Assembly: GCF_009914755.1 (NCBI RefSeq)
Contig: NC_060930.1
Source: the human T2T-CHM13v2.0 reference genome, Homo sapiens
Reading direction: 5' to 3' (one strand)
DNA: 64,000 bases
The notes beneath the pieces are model-generated. The model was given only the letters and a program-made list of their open reading frames with translations, had not been told where the DNA came from and made no database searches. How positions within the stretch are numbered: the first letter of the stretch is position 1; every line of letters begins with the position of its first letter. A program made the position numbers and the translations under genes. This document shows, in pieces, positions 14,175 through 28,832 of the stretch.

Positions 14175-15210
14175 GAAGCAGAGATGGGGTCATGTCAAAG
14201 TGACTCAGAAGCCAATATGAGGAGGTTTCTAATAGCAAAAGTTGGAATAACTTAAATAATAAATAATGATAATATTAGATTAAAATGCAAAAACAAAATA
14301 AATCTCCATGAAGCCATACTAATATAAATTATTAAAAAATTGTGAATAAATTAAAAATAGGAGAGAAGAAAGAAATCTTTCTCATGAAGAATTTCAGTTA
14401 ATCTATGTAGAATTAATTGCATTAGCTAAGTTCCATTGATGAATGCTAAAATTAGCAGGTAAAGATTAAAGAGAACAAGATCTTTGCATAGCCCCAAAGT
14501 TCCTCCCACAAATTTATTAAGTATAGTGTGGTTTTACTGTATGTCCACAAGGTATTTGATATCGTTTCTTCCAGGAAGTATAGCTGAATTCTCATTTACT
14601 TTAGTTCGGGCTGGACTTAGTGACTTATTTCTAGTACATGGAGCACAAAAATAGAAAAATAGAAACTTTAGAGTAGGAAAATCTGACAAACACCCACCTT
14701 AACCAGTGGCCAGTGTAAACCTCACCATGGATAAGTCTTGTTGATATCACATTATCCCAATATGATGCAATGAGAAGGGTACATAACAACTGAGATATTC
14801 CTCCCCCAAATTCAAAACCTTCATCGATTTATTAGAAAATATCAGACATATCCAAACTGAGGGACATTTAACTAGTATCTGTAAAAGTGTCAAGGTCATG
14901 AAAGGCAAAGACTAAAAAATTGTCATACATTGAAAGAGACTAAAGAGAGAGGGCAACTAAATGCAACGTGGTATCCTGGATTAGATACTGAAATGGAAAA
15001 AAGGCATTAGTTAAAATGGTGAAATCCAATCCAAGTTGAAGTTTGAATTAATAATATTATAATTACATTAATTTCTCAGTTTTGATAAATATATTATAGC
15101 AATGTAGGATATTAAAATTAAAGGAATTTGAGTGAAGAGTATGTAGAAATTCTCTACTATTTTTGTACCTCTCCTATAGATTTTAAATTACTTCAAAATA
15201 AGAAGTTTAA
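14040..15210 (+). mobile_element. L1MC-type 3' UTR
   Basis: CACCTTAACCAG...TGATGCAATGAGAAGG...AACTAAATGCAACGTGGTATCCTGGATT, typical of L1MC/ME 3' ends. Confidence 0.65.
14137..14172 (+). repeat. (AC)18 microsatellite
   Basis: Direct count of a perfect dinucleotide run. Confidence 0.97.
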
Positions 15211-16757
15211 AATGTGTTTTACTGAAACTTTGATATATAATTAATTTCAGACATTAAAAAGCTCAAACACTCATCATCTTAATTACCTGTGTGGTTAATT
15301 GAAAACTTAGTCAAGTAAATAATTTGTTCAAGGTTATAGAGCATATTATCAATAGAGGAAAAAATTTACTAAATATTACAGGCCTATTTCTAAAAAAGTA
15401 AAGAATATTTTCTTTGAAAAATAAACTAGAGTGTCTAAAAATGCATATGTGGTAACACTTCAGAAAGTCTCATTCAAAATGAGTTTGCAAGTTTTTAATA
15501 GTTTCCAAAGGATCCTGGATGTCATATTCAACCTAGAGTGCTATTAAAAATTCAGGATAGTTTAATTCGAGACTTTAAAAAGTGTTGTTAAATTTTATAT
15601 TTCTCTACAATAGAGCATAGAAGATTTATGAATAATTTCAAAGGATATGGCCCTTAGAATTGAGTGAATGAATTCATACTGAAATGTTTGATCAAAGTGA
15701 GAGAAAGGACTAACTACTCATTCAGTTGCTAAAGTTCTCAAAAAGGTTTAGAATGGTCTGTAAATTATTCAAAATGTATTTAGGTAGCCCAGTGCTTATG
15801 GAATACTTTGAAAAAATATTTCATTTAGAAATAATTCTACCTTTATATCATAATATTTTTTCTTTTTAAAACATTTTTACAATAAATTTTCTCAGAGTCT
15901 TAATGTCTAGTTACTGTATTTTGGATGAAAGAAACAACCAAATTAGAAATTTAGTGATTGATTTTCAATAAGGAAACTGAACTCTAACAATATGAATATG
16001 TCAAGTAATAGCTAGGATTATCAAAACTTATTCTGCATACAGAAATGACTGAAAATGTTTATTTGCAAATTATCTTTTCTACAATTTATTTGGGAAAAAA
16101 TAGTCAAAAGTTACAATTATGTTTCAGTGAACAAGGACTAATTCTAGGCTATGACCAATTTTAGCTCCATACTCATTCACAGAATTTTATGATTTCTTCT
16201 AACTCTTGGCTCTCTATATATTTTGATAGGTGATTTTTTTCTATCTGTGATTTGTCACTGAAAGTGACTGTTTGTGATATAAAGTATGCTGCTAACTTAC
16301 CAGTTTTCACTTTTCCTTCTCATGCCCTCCAAATACACCCAATCAAGTACTTTTATAATGGAGTCCTCAAGTGGTTTCCAACACACAGTATCTAACTTGT
16401 AAGAGCTGTGTAAAAATGCCTATTAAATGAAGAAAAATGAGCATGAGTTTTTATCCTACTTTCTGAAAAACTTATGTGGACATAAAGAGAATATTTATTT
16501 ACTTTGAAGTGCTGCTAGTTTTTCCTTACAATGCTCTGATAGTCTCTTTATATATACTTTGTTTTGATTGATTGAAATGGGCATCTTAGTTTTTTACTCT
16601 GAGACGTTTTTAATACTGTTCATTTTCTAGTAAGATGAAACTCTCTGTGTTATTATTGATTTATCTCTATAGAGGCTGTAAGCTTTAGTTTTGTATATTT
16701 TCTGTTTAAATCTTTTCCATTTATTGAGAAGGGACTAAGGCCAATTACTATACAATT

Positions 16758-17060
16758 AGAGATTGTAAACCAAAATGCCTACAAGAGCCAGGCTGAAAAC
16801 ATAAGTGCAACAGCAGGAGTTTCTTCTGGTATGTCCCCTCCTACATGCAGCAACACTGCTTAGCTATAGCTGAGTGTTGCCATGAAGGAAGGCATTCCTA
16901 ACATTGGCAGATGTTCCAGTTTATCAGGTTGTGCCAGAAATCAGTATTTTTCTTCAAAATCTCCTGATTCTTCAGTGCTAACTTAATGTTTCTTTTAAGT
17001 GACTCAAGCCAAACTATAGCACATTTGTAGTTTAAAATTGGCTGATCAGCAATTTGGGCC
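16758..17060 (+). mobile_element. MER102-like hAT-Charlie element
   Basis: AGAGATTGTAAACCAAAATGCCTACAAGAGCCAGG start; AAAATCTCCTGATT core. Confidence 0.55.
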
Positions 17061-17239
17061 CATCAATAATTTATGATTTTATTTATAGCAATTCTTTACT
17101 AATACATAGGGAGTTGAAGCTGAGGACTTCCCCTCCCTTTCAAGTCTTTTTAAAAAGTCAAATAAAAAGAAATTTGTTAAGGACTAATACATGTTGGAGG
17201 AAACATTTCTAAAAATCTAAGGATAGATGAAACCTACTG

Positions 17240-17450
17240 CAATATTTTTCAATTCTGTTTTGAGAACCTTAGAGTTCTGAGAGATGTTAATAGATGTTAA
17301 ACAATGTAGATTCTGAAGCATAGGTGTGTGGAAATTTTTTAGTTAAACATGGCTTTTTACTGTATATTTAGAACCTTCTAGAATCTTTAATATTCCAATA
17401 TTAGAATATTTTTCCTGAATTCGCAAGGGTCATTTGAATTAAAATATCAT
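17240..17450 (+). mobile_element. MER112-like hAT-Charlie element
   Basis: GAGATGTTAATAG...GTTAAACA...TTTACTG...CTTTAATAT. Confidence 0.4.
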
Positions 17451-18278
17451 CTAAAAAATGTTTCATTTCACTTTATATAAGTACAACCAATTATAGTGAG
17501 AATAACAGATAAAGGAGAAAATTTTCTCATACACCTGTCAGAAAATAGAATTTTAAAAACAAGGCCAATAATATTGCAAAAAGAAAAATCACACAAGTTT
17601 TCCCACACTAATTTTATGTTTTCTATATAATTGATTCTTGTTTGATTGATCTTAGGTTAGTAGTATACTGTTTTGAAGACATCATCTGGACTAAGAGTTA
17701 TGAAAATGCTGACTCAGTGCCTCAGAACAGACTAACAGGTGGGTGCTCATGGCAGTGCCATCTTCCACGGGGAATCCTGTTCTTATAAGATGGTATGTGA
17801 AGTATCAATTGTCAAGAGCACATGGCACAGTCCTTTACTGTGGGTATCATTCTTCAAAACTAAATAGTTCTGGTTAATTTATTATAGTAATGAACAATAT
17901 AAGAATGGAGGATTATAAAATCCTGTTTGGGGATATTATAATAATAAACTATTTAACATATTTTTAGTTAGTGATTACCCTGAAGGCAATAACATATTAC
18001 GGATAGTGATGACATCAACAAATTTTTAATGCCTTCTGACTCATCCAGTAAACTGTGTTTCACAAATGCCATCAATCAACAAAGGTATTGTTAAACCATG
18101 AAACAATATATTCTATAATATCAACTTAATGACAATTATTATGACAATCTTTGCACATGAACGTGTGTATGCATCCATTCATCCTGAAAAATACATTGAA
18201 ACATATTCATGTGAATAACATTTTATATTTACAAAATAGACCTAGGGAACGTTTAGCTCCTTTATTTGATTTGACAGA

Positions 18279-18811
18279 TGTATCAGTCAGGGTTCTTGAA
18301 ACAAACAGAACCAATAAGATAGATAGATAGATAGGAAAGAAGATATTTATTATGAGGGATTGTGACATGATAACAGAGGAGAGGCTGAAAAGTCCCACAA
18401 TCTGCCACCTGCAAGGTGAATGCCCAAGAATGCAGGTGGCATAGAGCCAATCCAAGCCCAGAGGCCTGAGAACAAGGGTAGCCATTGGTGTAATTTCCAG
18501 TCCAAGTCCGAAGGCCCAAGACCCAGAAGCATTGATGTCTGAAGGCAAAAGAAGTTGGATGTCTCAGCTCCACAAGAGAGCACTTTCACCCTTCCTCCAC
18601 TTTTTTTTCTATTCAGGACCTCAATGGATTGAACAATGCCCATCGACATTTGGGGAGAGTGATCATCTTTACTCAGTCTACCAGTTCAAATACTGATCTC
18701 TTCCAGAAACCCCCTCACAGACAAGCACCCAGAAATAATGATGTTTTATTAGCTATCTGGGCATCCTTGGGGAAAGAGATGCCCATCTGGTTAAATCAAA
18801 TAACCATTACA
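18279..18811 (-). mobile_element. MLT2B-type ERVL solo LTR
   Basis: TGTATCAGTCAGGGTTCT ... AACCATTACA termini; 5-bp TSD ACAGA/GCAGA. Confidence 0.85.
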
Positions 18812-21800
18812 GCAGACTTCCCATATTGTGGCTAAATGAAAAGACAGCTCATAACAGTAGTGAACTAATAAAAATGGGAAATACCAAACATATCTTGTTA
18901 CATATAGCCTCCATTACTTTCAAAGCTGAGAGAGTAAAACTTGGTGCTATCCGATGGCCAAAAGGTAATCTCCAAAAAATTGTATGTAAAAAAAAAATCA
19001 GTCAGATTATTCTGAATTTGAGGCCTGACAGCCCATGTTATGTACAGCTATGAATGTAAGTCATAAATATCCACAGCACAACAAGAAATGACTCCAGTCC
19101 TTGTTTAGCATGAGAATATTCAAAATAAACACAGTAGCAAGTAATAATGTTTAAGAATTCTAGCTATTTTCAAAAGCATGAAACTTTTGTTAACAATAAC
19201 AAAACCAAAAAGGTTAATAGTCTGTTGGGAAGTAAGAGCGCCCTGATGATAAAAAGAATATGTACTATCTGGATAAATAAGTAGGCCTGGGGTGCCTTTC
19301 TGCCACTGCCTGCTAACACCAGACAGAGACCAGTTGTCTTCCAAACTATTGGGTTTTTCTTTTTATCATTCATAAACTTTGTTGAATAATAATAGCCTAT
19401 ATTTATGTTTGTGTTTAAATGTACATGCAACACATAAGTGCAAATATGCAAATCTTGTCAGCATAAATATTTCTACCACATTAAAGCTAGTGTTTTCTTA
19501 GTTGACAATAGTTTTACAAATAGCAAAAATATTTTGTAAAACATGGATATATGAGTCAAAACCATGCTTGGTGACCTAGATTTTTCTCAATCTCTTTTTT
19601 TTCTTTCCTAATTTAAGTGTCTTAATTCTCATGCATTAACTCAATCTTTTATTAGTCCAAGGTCTTAAAGTTAATTAATTATAGTAACATTATAAGTTAA
19701 AACTATCAAACAAGAAAATTACTGTATAGATCAAAAATTTTTTGAAAAAATGACATTTAAATTTTTACCCAGTTAGTGAAAGCAGAAAAAGACTTGAGGT
19801 GAACATTGTCTGAGATTTACAAGAACAAATACTTTTTTAAAAATCTTATTGTAATTCAAACTATTTAAACAAATATGTGTACATTCCCATGAATTTAAGT
19901 AGTTTGATCATTTACAGGATTTATAAAAGCAGTGAGGAAAATTTAGGAAGTTCAAGGAAATGAAAAACAAAAAAAGAGAAACACAAACCAAACATAAAAG
20001 AAGATGTGGCATTTGCATGATATTTTAAACAGTGGTAAGATCAAAGATCACAGAGAAAACATACAGCTATTTTTACAAAAAATTATTAAACTGATTCATA
20101 TTGTTTAAGGATTTTCCTTAATTGGGAATGGTATATGAACTTGAATTTGTATAATTATTTTTTCATTTATTTTACAATATATTAAAATGTTTATTTTATT
20201 TGTGGCATTTTATGACTATTAGTTGCTATGTTTTTTATTTTTTATTGTTTATTTCTTAAGTAATAATCAGCCACTGTTATCACAGTTCAGTTTTTCTAAG
20301 CTAGCAGCTTCTGTGACAGAATTTTTTCTTTTTAAAAAGCAGATATTTTTCTTCTGTCTCTAAGACATTCTCTAAAATATATTTCTTTTGCTCCCTTATC
20401 TTAGATATATATGAATACCTATTTTTACAAGAGAGTTTTTTAAAATATGAGTGATTACATTAATATATTAATCTATTGCAGAAATAGACAAGTATACATA
20501 AATCTTTTTTGCTCAATGAATACTTCATATTCTACAACAGAAGAATAATATCAAACTCTTTGGCAGGTTAGAGGTAGCCTTTTTCTGAAGATTATAACTC
20601 CTCTTCTCAAGGGCTGAGAACTGGGGAAGGAATCTTAGTCCGCTTAAATGGCTGAAGGAAAGAGTTGATGGACAAAACATACTTATCTTTGTTTTATATG
20701 CGCTGTTTTCTGTAGCCCTGTCAGACCATGGGTCAAACTATGGCTTCAAATCTAAAATGTAATACTGTGTTATCAAAACATAAATCTTTTAATCATATCT
20801 TGACTTAACCCATTTGTATATTTCTGTGGAAGTCACCTACTTTCTATTTTAAAAATGAGAATAAAAGCACTCTTTGACTCTTTCAATGTTTCATATAGCT
20901 CAGTGACAATGATGAAAGGTAATAAAGTTGCTGGACAAAGCAGATGTGAAAGGACAGGTGCCTATGTGATATCTGAGTAGTCAAGATTCAAAACATACAT
21001 TGAGGCTGATTCCAAATGTTATACAAGCTGGACATTGCTTAGTTTTATAACAGAAATCTTTCACTTTCAAGTTCTGCAAACCCAGTTTTAAATCTTTAAA
21101 CATTTGTACACATGTATTTCTTTTTGATAGTGCATCTGTCTGTTTTTTAATTATTTATTTTCAATTGCATATCCCTACATTGTACACATATGAGAGATTT
21201 GTATGCCCAAAAAATCCCTAAGAGAGACTCCCTGGGAAAATTGTACATACATTCAAAGGCACAATGATAACAAATAAGTCATTTATTGTATTTAATAATG
21301 TTTCTTTTATGAAGTGCAGGGAGAGATCTGGTATCATCTGGCAATTCAGCCATGAGTGAAAAGTTAATACAGCTACAAACACATATGCAAACAACTTCTG
21401 CAGGCAAGGCGAAACCAGACAAGTTGAGAATTACTTTTACAGTCAAATAAAAATAATATCAGGGATGCTGGACATGATATGAGCAACTTTTTCACTTATG
21501 CAATTGAGACTGGACCATGATCTTTATAAAATCTCTGCCCTCATGATGCAGTTTTGAAGATGTATTTTGGTTACAGGAAATACATCAGAATCTTATGAAC
21601 ACCAAAACAGCATAGGTGGGCACCAACTTCTCTGCCCTTCCCATTACCAGAAAGGACCAGGCATCCATTAAGGCAGAAATCACTCGGATTGGTCTGAAAC
21701 CAAATCTATCCTAGACACCAAATGACCATGAATCTGGCTCAATGGGAGTAAAAATTGTTTTGCTGCATGGTGACACTAACTCTTTTCACACTTGGAACCA

Positions 21801-22394
21801 AGGGAGGCAGGACTGGCATAAGAGGTTTATAAAATATACTCCTTTACTTAACTATGTTGTGTGTTTTATGTGAATATTGCACTGGGACACCCACAATGTA
21901 AATTGCCAAAACATAAATCTCATAGACAATATTTTAAAAAGTGAGTGAAGTTTTACTTGCAATAATAAAATATGTAAAAATGCAAAGGAGTTCAGCTTTT
22001 AGAACAATTGAGATTCCAGAATAAAGAAGGCTTTACGTATTGTTCAAATTATTGTAAGACAGTAGAAAATTCTGATGTAATGTTGTGTGGATAAATCTGA
22101 ATAAAAAGCAGAAGTTTTAGCCTTAGGTTAAGACAAAACAGAATCCTGGCTTATTTTAGGATGTAAAGCTTTTCAAATGATCCTGAAATTCATGTTATCT
22201 TTCATAATACAGGGCTTTTCTGAATAGATCTTTTTCCACATCATGATAATTGACGTGTTTTAGAGCACAAAGGGAGAAAGGCAAAAGCAAAATGTTCAGT
22301 TCTATTATTACAACTTGAAAATATATTTAAGTTTGAAATTTTGGAACTTGTGCAATTGCTAAGTCTCATATCTTAGCTTAGTGGAGAACACAAT

Positions 22395-22862
22395 AGATGC
22401 ATACACATGTTGATAGCAACATTACTCAAAAGAGGCACAAGGTGGAAGCAACCCCAGTGCCCACCAATAGATGAATGGATACACAAATTGTGGTATACAC
22501 ATACAATAGAATATTATTCAGTTTTTCAAAATAAAGATAATTCTGATGCATGCTACAACATAGATGAACCTTTGAGACATTATACTAAGTGAAATAAACC
22601 AGTCACAAATAATGTATGATTCCACTGATAAAAAGTATGTAAAGTAGTCAAACTCATAGAAAGTAAAATAGTTGTTGCTGGGGGTATGGAGAAGAGAAAA
22701 TGGGAATTCTTTAGTGGGTATAGAGCTTCAATTTTGCATGATAAAACAGTTAAAATTGGTTGCATAACAGTTTGAACTATACTTAACACTTTTTAACTGT
22801 ACACTTAAAATGGTTAAGATAATAAACTTTATGTTATATGTATTTTATCATAATTGAAAAAG
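22395..22862 (+). mobile_element. L1MB 3' end
   Basis: ORF2 C-terminal remnant (WKQPQCPPIDEWIHKLWYTHTIEYYS) followed by an L1MB 3' UTR. Confidence 0.8.
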
Positions 22863-22903
22863 ATGCAATATTCTTACCACAAAAATGGAGCATCTTGTTA
22901 TGG

Positions 22904-23013
22904 TTTTTAATATTATACATATACTATCCAAGGTAAGTTAATATAATTATAATGATAAATTAAGTTATAATATAATTAACTTACCCTGCATAGTATATGC
23001 ATAACATTAAAAA
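22904..23013. repeat. Inverted repeat: 39-bp arms, 35/39 complementary, 32-nt AT-rich spacer
   Basis: 22904-22942 compared with the reverse complement of 22975-23013. Confidence 0.9.
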
Positions 23014-24004
23014 GATTGTTCTTTTCTAATTTGAACAAAATTATATTTTTTAAGCATAAGAAATAATTTTTCAAGTGTAACACTATTAGATGAGTAGATG
23101 CACATTTATAGACAGAGGCCTTTTTGAACCAAAGAAAATTCACTCTTTGTCACTTATCACTAGACAACAAAAGTGGAATACAGTAGTTCTATCTTGTGCA
23201 CAGTGAAACTTAAATAGTAGTTCTTTATGGAGTTAAAAAGAAAACCAAAAGTGTATTTTGAATATTGATGGTCACTGTAAACTAAATTAGATGTTACAAA
23301 ATCAGTTGGAAATTAAAGCATGAGAAATCCTGCTAATAGAAAATTAACATCTGGCTTTTTGTCATTCCTTTCTATCTTCCTTCCTTTTTAAGTTGTCTTA
23401 GTGTCTAATATCAAAATAAGAAAATAAAATGAATAAGATAATGTATTGTCATTGGAATAAGAGTGAGAAGGTGAAATAAGATTTATTGAAGTTTACAAGG
23501 CTTTTATTTGTATAGATTAATATCTATTAAATCTTATCAAGGTTTCTAAACTTAAGCATTCTTTTTATGCCCCATCATAACCCCAGTTAGCATCACTTCT
23601 ACATACACATAATCACTTTCTGAACTCCACCTTCTTTTTTAAAAGGTAGTAAAGTAAATTCTATTTAAAGAAAGAACAAATCACCACTATAGAAATTTGC
23701 CCACTGTAGAAATTTGCCCTTTCCCCTTTCACCCACTCAAACTTTGATAAGAAATGAATTGAAAGACATACTAGTTGTAGATTTTCACTCATACAGACAC
23801 ATGTGCACAGCATTACTCTCCAAAGAGAGACCAGGGGAAGCAAAAACTCATTTGATTGATGCCAGGAATCTCTCTCATAAACTCTCAAGATGACAGTTTT
23901 GTGACAGCATCTCAAAGAACTTAGGCCAAATTAGTACTCCTAAAATTTGTAGAACAGAAAAGGGATATTGTGTGGTTTTATTTTTTATAATGATAACATA
24001 TAAC

Positions 24005-25733
24005 ATTTACTTTGCCAGGTGTAGCACTCTTGGTTGACAGCTTATTTTTTCTTTCTGCACGTTGAATATATTACTCCACTCCCTCCTTTCACGCAAAGTT
24101 TCTGCTGAGAAGTTTGCTGATAGCCTTACTGAGCTTCCTTTGTATGTGATGAGTCTTTTTTCTCTTGCTGCTTTCAAGATTATTTGTCTTTGATTTTTGA
24201 CTTAATTGTAATGTCTCTCAGAGTGTTTCTCTTTGAATTGATCTTCTTTGGGATCTTTTGAGCTTCATGAATCTAGATGTCCTAGTTTTTTCCAAGATTT
24301 GGGAAATTTTCAGGCATTATTTCCTTAAATAAACTTTCTGCTCTCCTTTCTTCTTCTGAGACTTCCATAATTTATATATTTGTGTGCTTGGTCATGTCCA
24401 ATAGGTCTCTTATGTTTTTTCACTTTTTTCTTTTTGTTCCTCTGACTACTTTAAAATGGTCTGTCTTCAAATTCACTAATTCTTTCTTCTACATAGTTTA
24501 GTCTACTGTGTAAGCTTTCCGCTTAATTTTGCAGTTCTGTCACCGTACTCTTCAGCTCCAGGATTTCTATTTTTTATGGTTTCTATTACTTTATTAAAAT
24601 TTTAATTTTGTCCATGTATTGTTTTCCTAATTTCATTTAGTTGTCTATCTGTTTTAATGCATCTCATTAATCTTAGATCTTCATTTCTTTCATTTTGGCT
24701 ACTAGAGCTTTATTAGTTTCCTTTCATGATATCATGCTTGCCTGATTCATTGTTATCCATGCAGCTTTATATTAGTCTGTGTATATGAAGAAGTAAACAC
24801 CTGCCCTAATCTTTACAGATTAGTTTTGGCAGGTAAACCCTTCCATACAGTGTCTAGACTGGTTTTCTCCAGAGTTCTATCAAGCAGGGTTGGAGTCAGG
24901 TCACATTAGTCCCGCCATTAAATCCACTGTTGGCTGTCCTGTTATTAGAAGCATGAATGAGCATGGATCTTATTTGATCCCTGATAGTATGGGACTGCCT
25001 CCAGGAACCTGGTCAGCAGGGTGGATGCTGGAATGAGGGTATGCTTCAGGGTCCACAAATAGCAAGCCTGTTACCAGGTATGTGGCTTGGTGTAGCTCCC
25101 TCTGGGTTCTAGACTGGGGCTCTTAGTGGATCACTGGGTGGGTCCATGGGCAAGAAGGTCTGGCCCTGGACCATGGATTAGAGTGGCTGGAGCCAATTCA
25201 TAGGGATGCTTCAGGATCCACAGCCAAGATTGAAGTTTGCAGGCCAGAATCTGGAGGCATGGATGAGAGTGTCTCATGGTGGATCCCTGGGCGGACAGTA
25301 GTGGTCCTGGACAATGACTGGAAGGAGATAAAGCTGGGTTGTAAGAGATCCTTTTAAGAGCCACAGCAAGGACTGAGGTTAGTGGGCCTGTCACCAGAGG
25401 CATGAATAGATGTGACTCCTCCAGGTACCTTGGCAGATGGTTCTTGTAGCATGACCAAGACCAAATGGGGCTGTAGCTGAGTCCACTGGTGATTGGGCCA
25501 TTTCTGAGTCTGAAACTAATACCATCATCACTGAGTCTGCAACCTGGGCATGGGTCTGTACTCTCAAAACAGCCTTCCCTGGTCTTGAGCTCCAGTAGGA
25601 TTTTGCACACTCCTATGTGAATCCCAAATTCCCTCAAAGACGTGCTTGCCTATGGCTGGCTGTCAAATTATTGTTGCTATGAGGAGATAGGAGTGAGGGA
25701 TCTCCTGTACTGCCAAATTGATGATGTCACTCC
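24005..25733 (-). mobile_element. Old L1M (L1M4/L1MB-like) 5' UTR and ORF1
   Basis: Antisense ORF1 motifs (TTTCTGCTGAGAAG, TTTTCTCTTGCTGCTTTCAAGAT); the minus strand starts GGAGTGACATCATCAATTTGGCAG, an L1M-like 5' terminus. Confidence 0.7.
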
Positions 25734-26542
25734 AAAAAGTAATTGATCTTAAACTTCTTCCTAAACACTCTTGCATGAGTAATAGAATGTCTGCCAATTG
25801 CATTTTGTATATTTTCTCTACATGGCTAATGCCCAAAAACAGAAATAATAACTTCTGAATATATAACGCTAGGGGTTTTTCCCATTCACAACCATATATA
25901 GGGTTTTCAATTTTTTTTTAGTTATTATTAGTACTACTAATAAATTAGTATTATTTGTACTTCCTTTATTTTCTCTACATTTATTTTTTATTTACATTAT
26001 TGTTTCTTCTTCCTTTCTCTTTTTCATTCAAGTTGTCTTGCTTTTGCTTGAGCATACTATGAATATGCTTCTATAGATTATAATATTCCCCCGTAATGTC
26101 TACTTTCTTCTTTCAAGTCCTGATAACCATGATTGATTCATTTCTCTACCAGCTCAGGGAAACACTGTCACATATTCAGCTGTCTTTTTCTAGAGAAACT
26201 AATAAAAATAATTAACAATAAAAATAATGTTATATAATCTAAAAAGTTTAAGACAAAATATTTTGCTTTACCCCCCAGTTTATCTCTAGGTATGTCATTG
26301 TAATCACCCTCTTAATGTTGGCAAACATCTCTTTGAACTGTTACCTTTTTAAAATTCTCAGCATGGATGTTTGAAACTTTGAATTCTCTCATCTCACATT
26401 CTTATATAACTGAATTTACTGTTGTCTATTGTAATTGACAGCAAATTTATTTCCAGTAAGGTAGACAAAAAACAACTGAATTACGTTAATGGATTGAAAT
26501 TATAGGTTCTAATAATATTCCAGGCTAAAGAATTTACAAAAG

Positions 26543-26948
26543 TTGGACAAATTGTGGTATATGCACACTATGTAATACTACTTAGCAATTAAATAGAATA
26601 AACTACTGATAAATATAACATGAGTGAATTAAAAAAGCATTATGCTAAGTGGAAGAAGCCAACCAAATAGACCTCATACTGCATGATTTTATTTACATGA
26701 AATTCTATTAAAAGCAAAAGTATATTGACAGCAAAAAGATTAGTGGTTGACTGTGGCTATTTTGGGGAGGTGGCTGGGGTAACTGCAAATGGACATGAGA
26801 AAAAGTTTTTGGGGTGATAAAAATTTCTCTATCACAGTAGTATTGGTTATATGACTGTTTAGATCAGTCAAAACTCATAAAATCAGAAATAAAATTGGTG
26901 AATTTTATTACATGTCAATTAGATTTCAATAAAGCTGATTTTTAAAAA
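26543..26948 (+). mobile_element. L1ME 3' end
   Basis: AAATTGTGGTATAT ... CAATAAAGCTGATTTTT terminus. Confidence 0.7.
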
Positions 26949-27008
26949 TTCCACCAGCCAAACTGTTTTACATGATTTTAATTAATCCAATGAAAGAAAT
27001 GAAAATTT

Positions 27009-27290
27009 GGCTGGGCGCCGTGGCTCACGCTTGTAATCCCAGCACTTTGGGAGGCTGAGGCAGGCGGATCACGACGTCAGGAGATGAGACCACAGTGAAA
27101 CCCTGTCTCTAAAGAAGTACAAAAAAATTAGCCGGGCGTGGTGGTGGGCACCTGTACTCCCAGCTACTCGCAGAGGCTGAGGCAGGAGAATGGTTGTGAA
27201 CATGGGAGGTGGAGCTTGCAGTGAGCCGAGATGGTGTCATTGCACTGCATTCTGGGCAACAGAGGAAGACTCCATCTCAAAAAAAACAAA
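27009..27290 (+). mobile_element. AluY lineage with the 12-bp left-arm deletion (AluYc3/Yd3-like)
   Basis: GAGACCACAGTGAAACCC (12-bp deletion), CGCTTGTAATC, extra base in ACTCGCAGAGG; 16-bp TSD AAAGAAATGAAA(A/C)TTT. Confidence 0.8.
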
Positions 27291-27489
27291 AAAGAAATGA
27301 AACTTTTTAAAGTTAGTAGGATAAATTTTATAAGGCAACTAACATCATGCTTGATATAAAATAAAAACTTAGTAGAGACAAGTTACTCCTTCATTTCTGT
27401 AAAGCAAAAGCTACATATTGGTGAAATTAAGCCAAATGTTGCCATTTTGTTTGGCTGGCACGATCTTTTAAAATTTAATACTTGTATCA

Positions 27490-28832
<1,343 letters not shown>

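Noticed and set aside
23684-23717. 17-bp tandem duplication CCACT(A/G)TAGAAATTTGC
   Set aside because: Ordinary slippage duplication with no further signal.
25131-25637. 168-aa ORF
   Set aside because: Inside an old L1M 5' UTR; no domain recognised.
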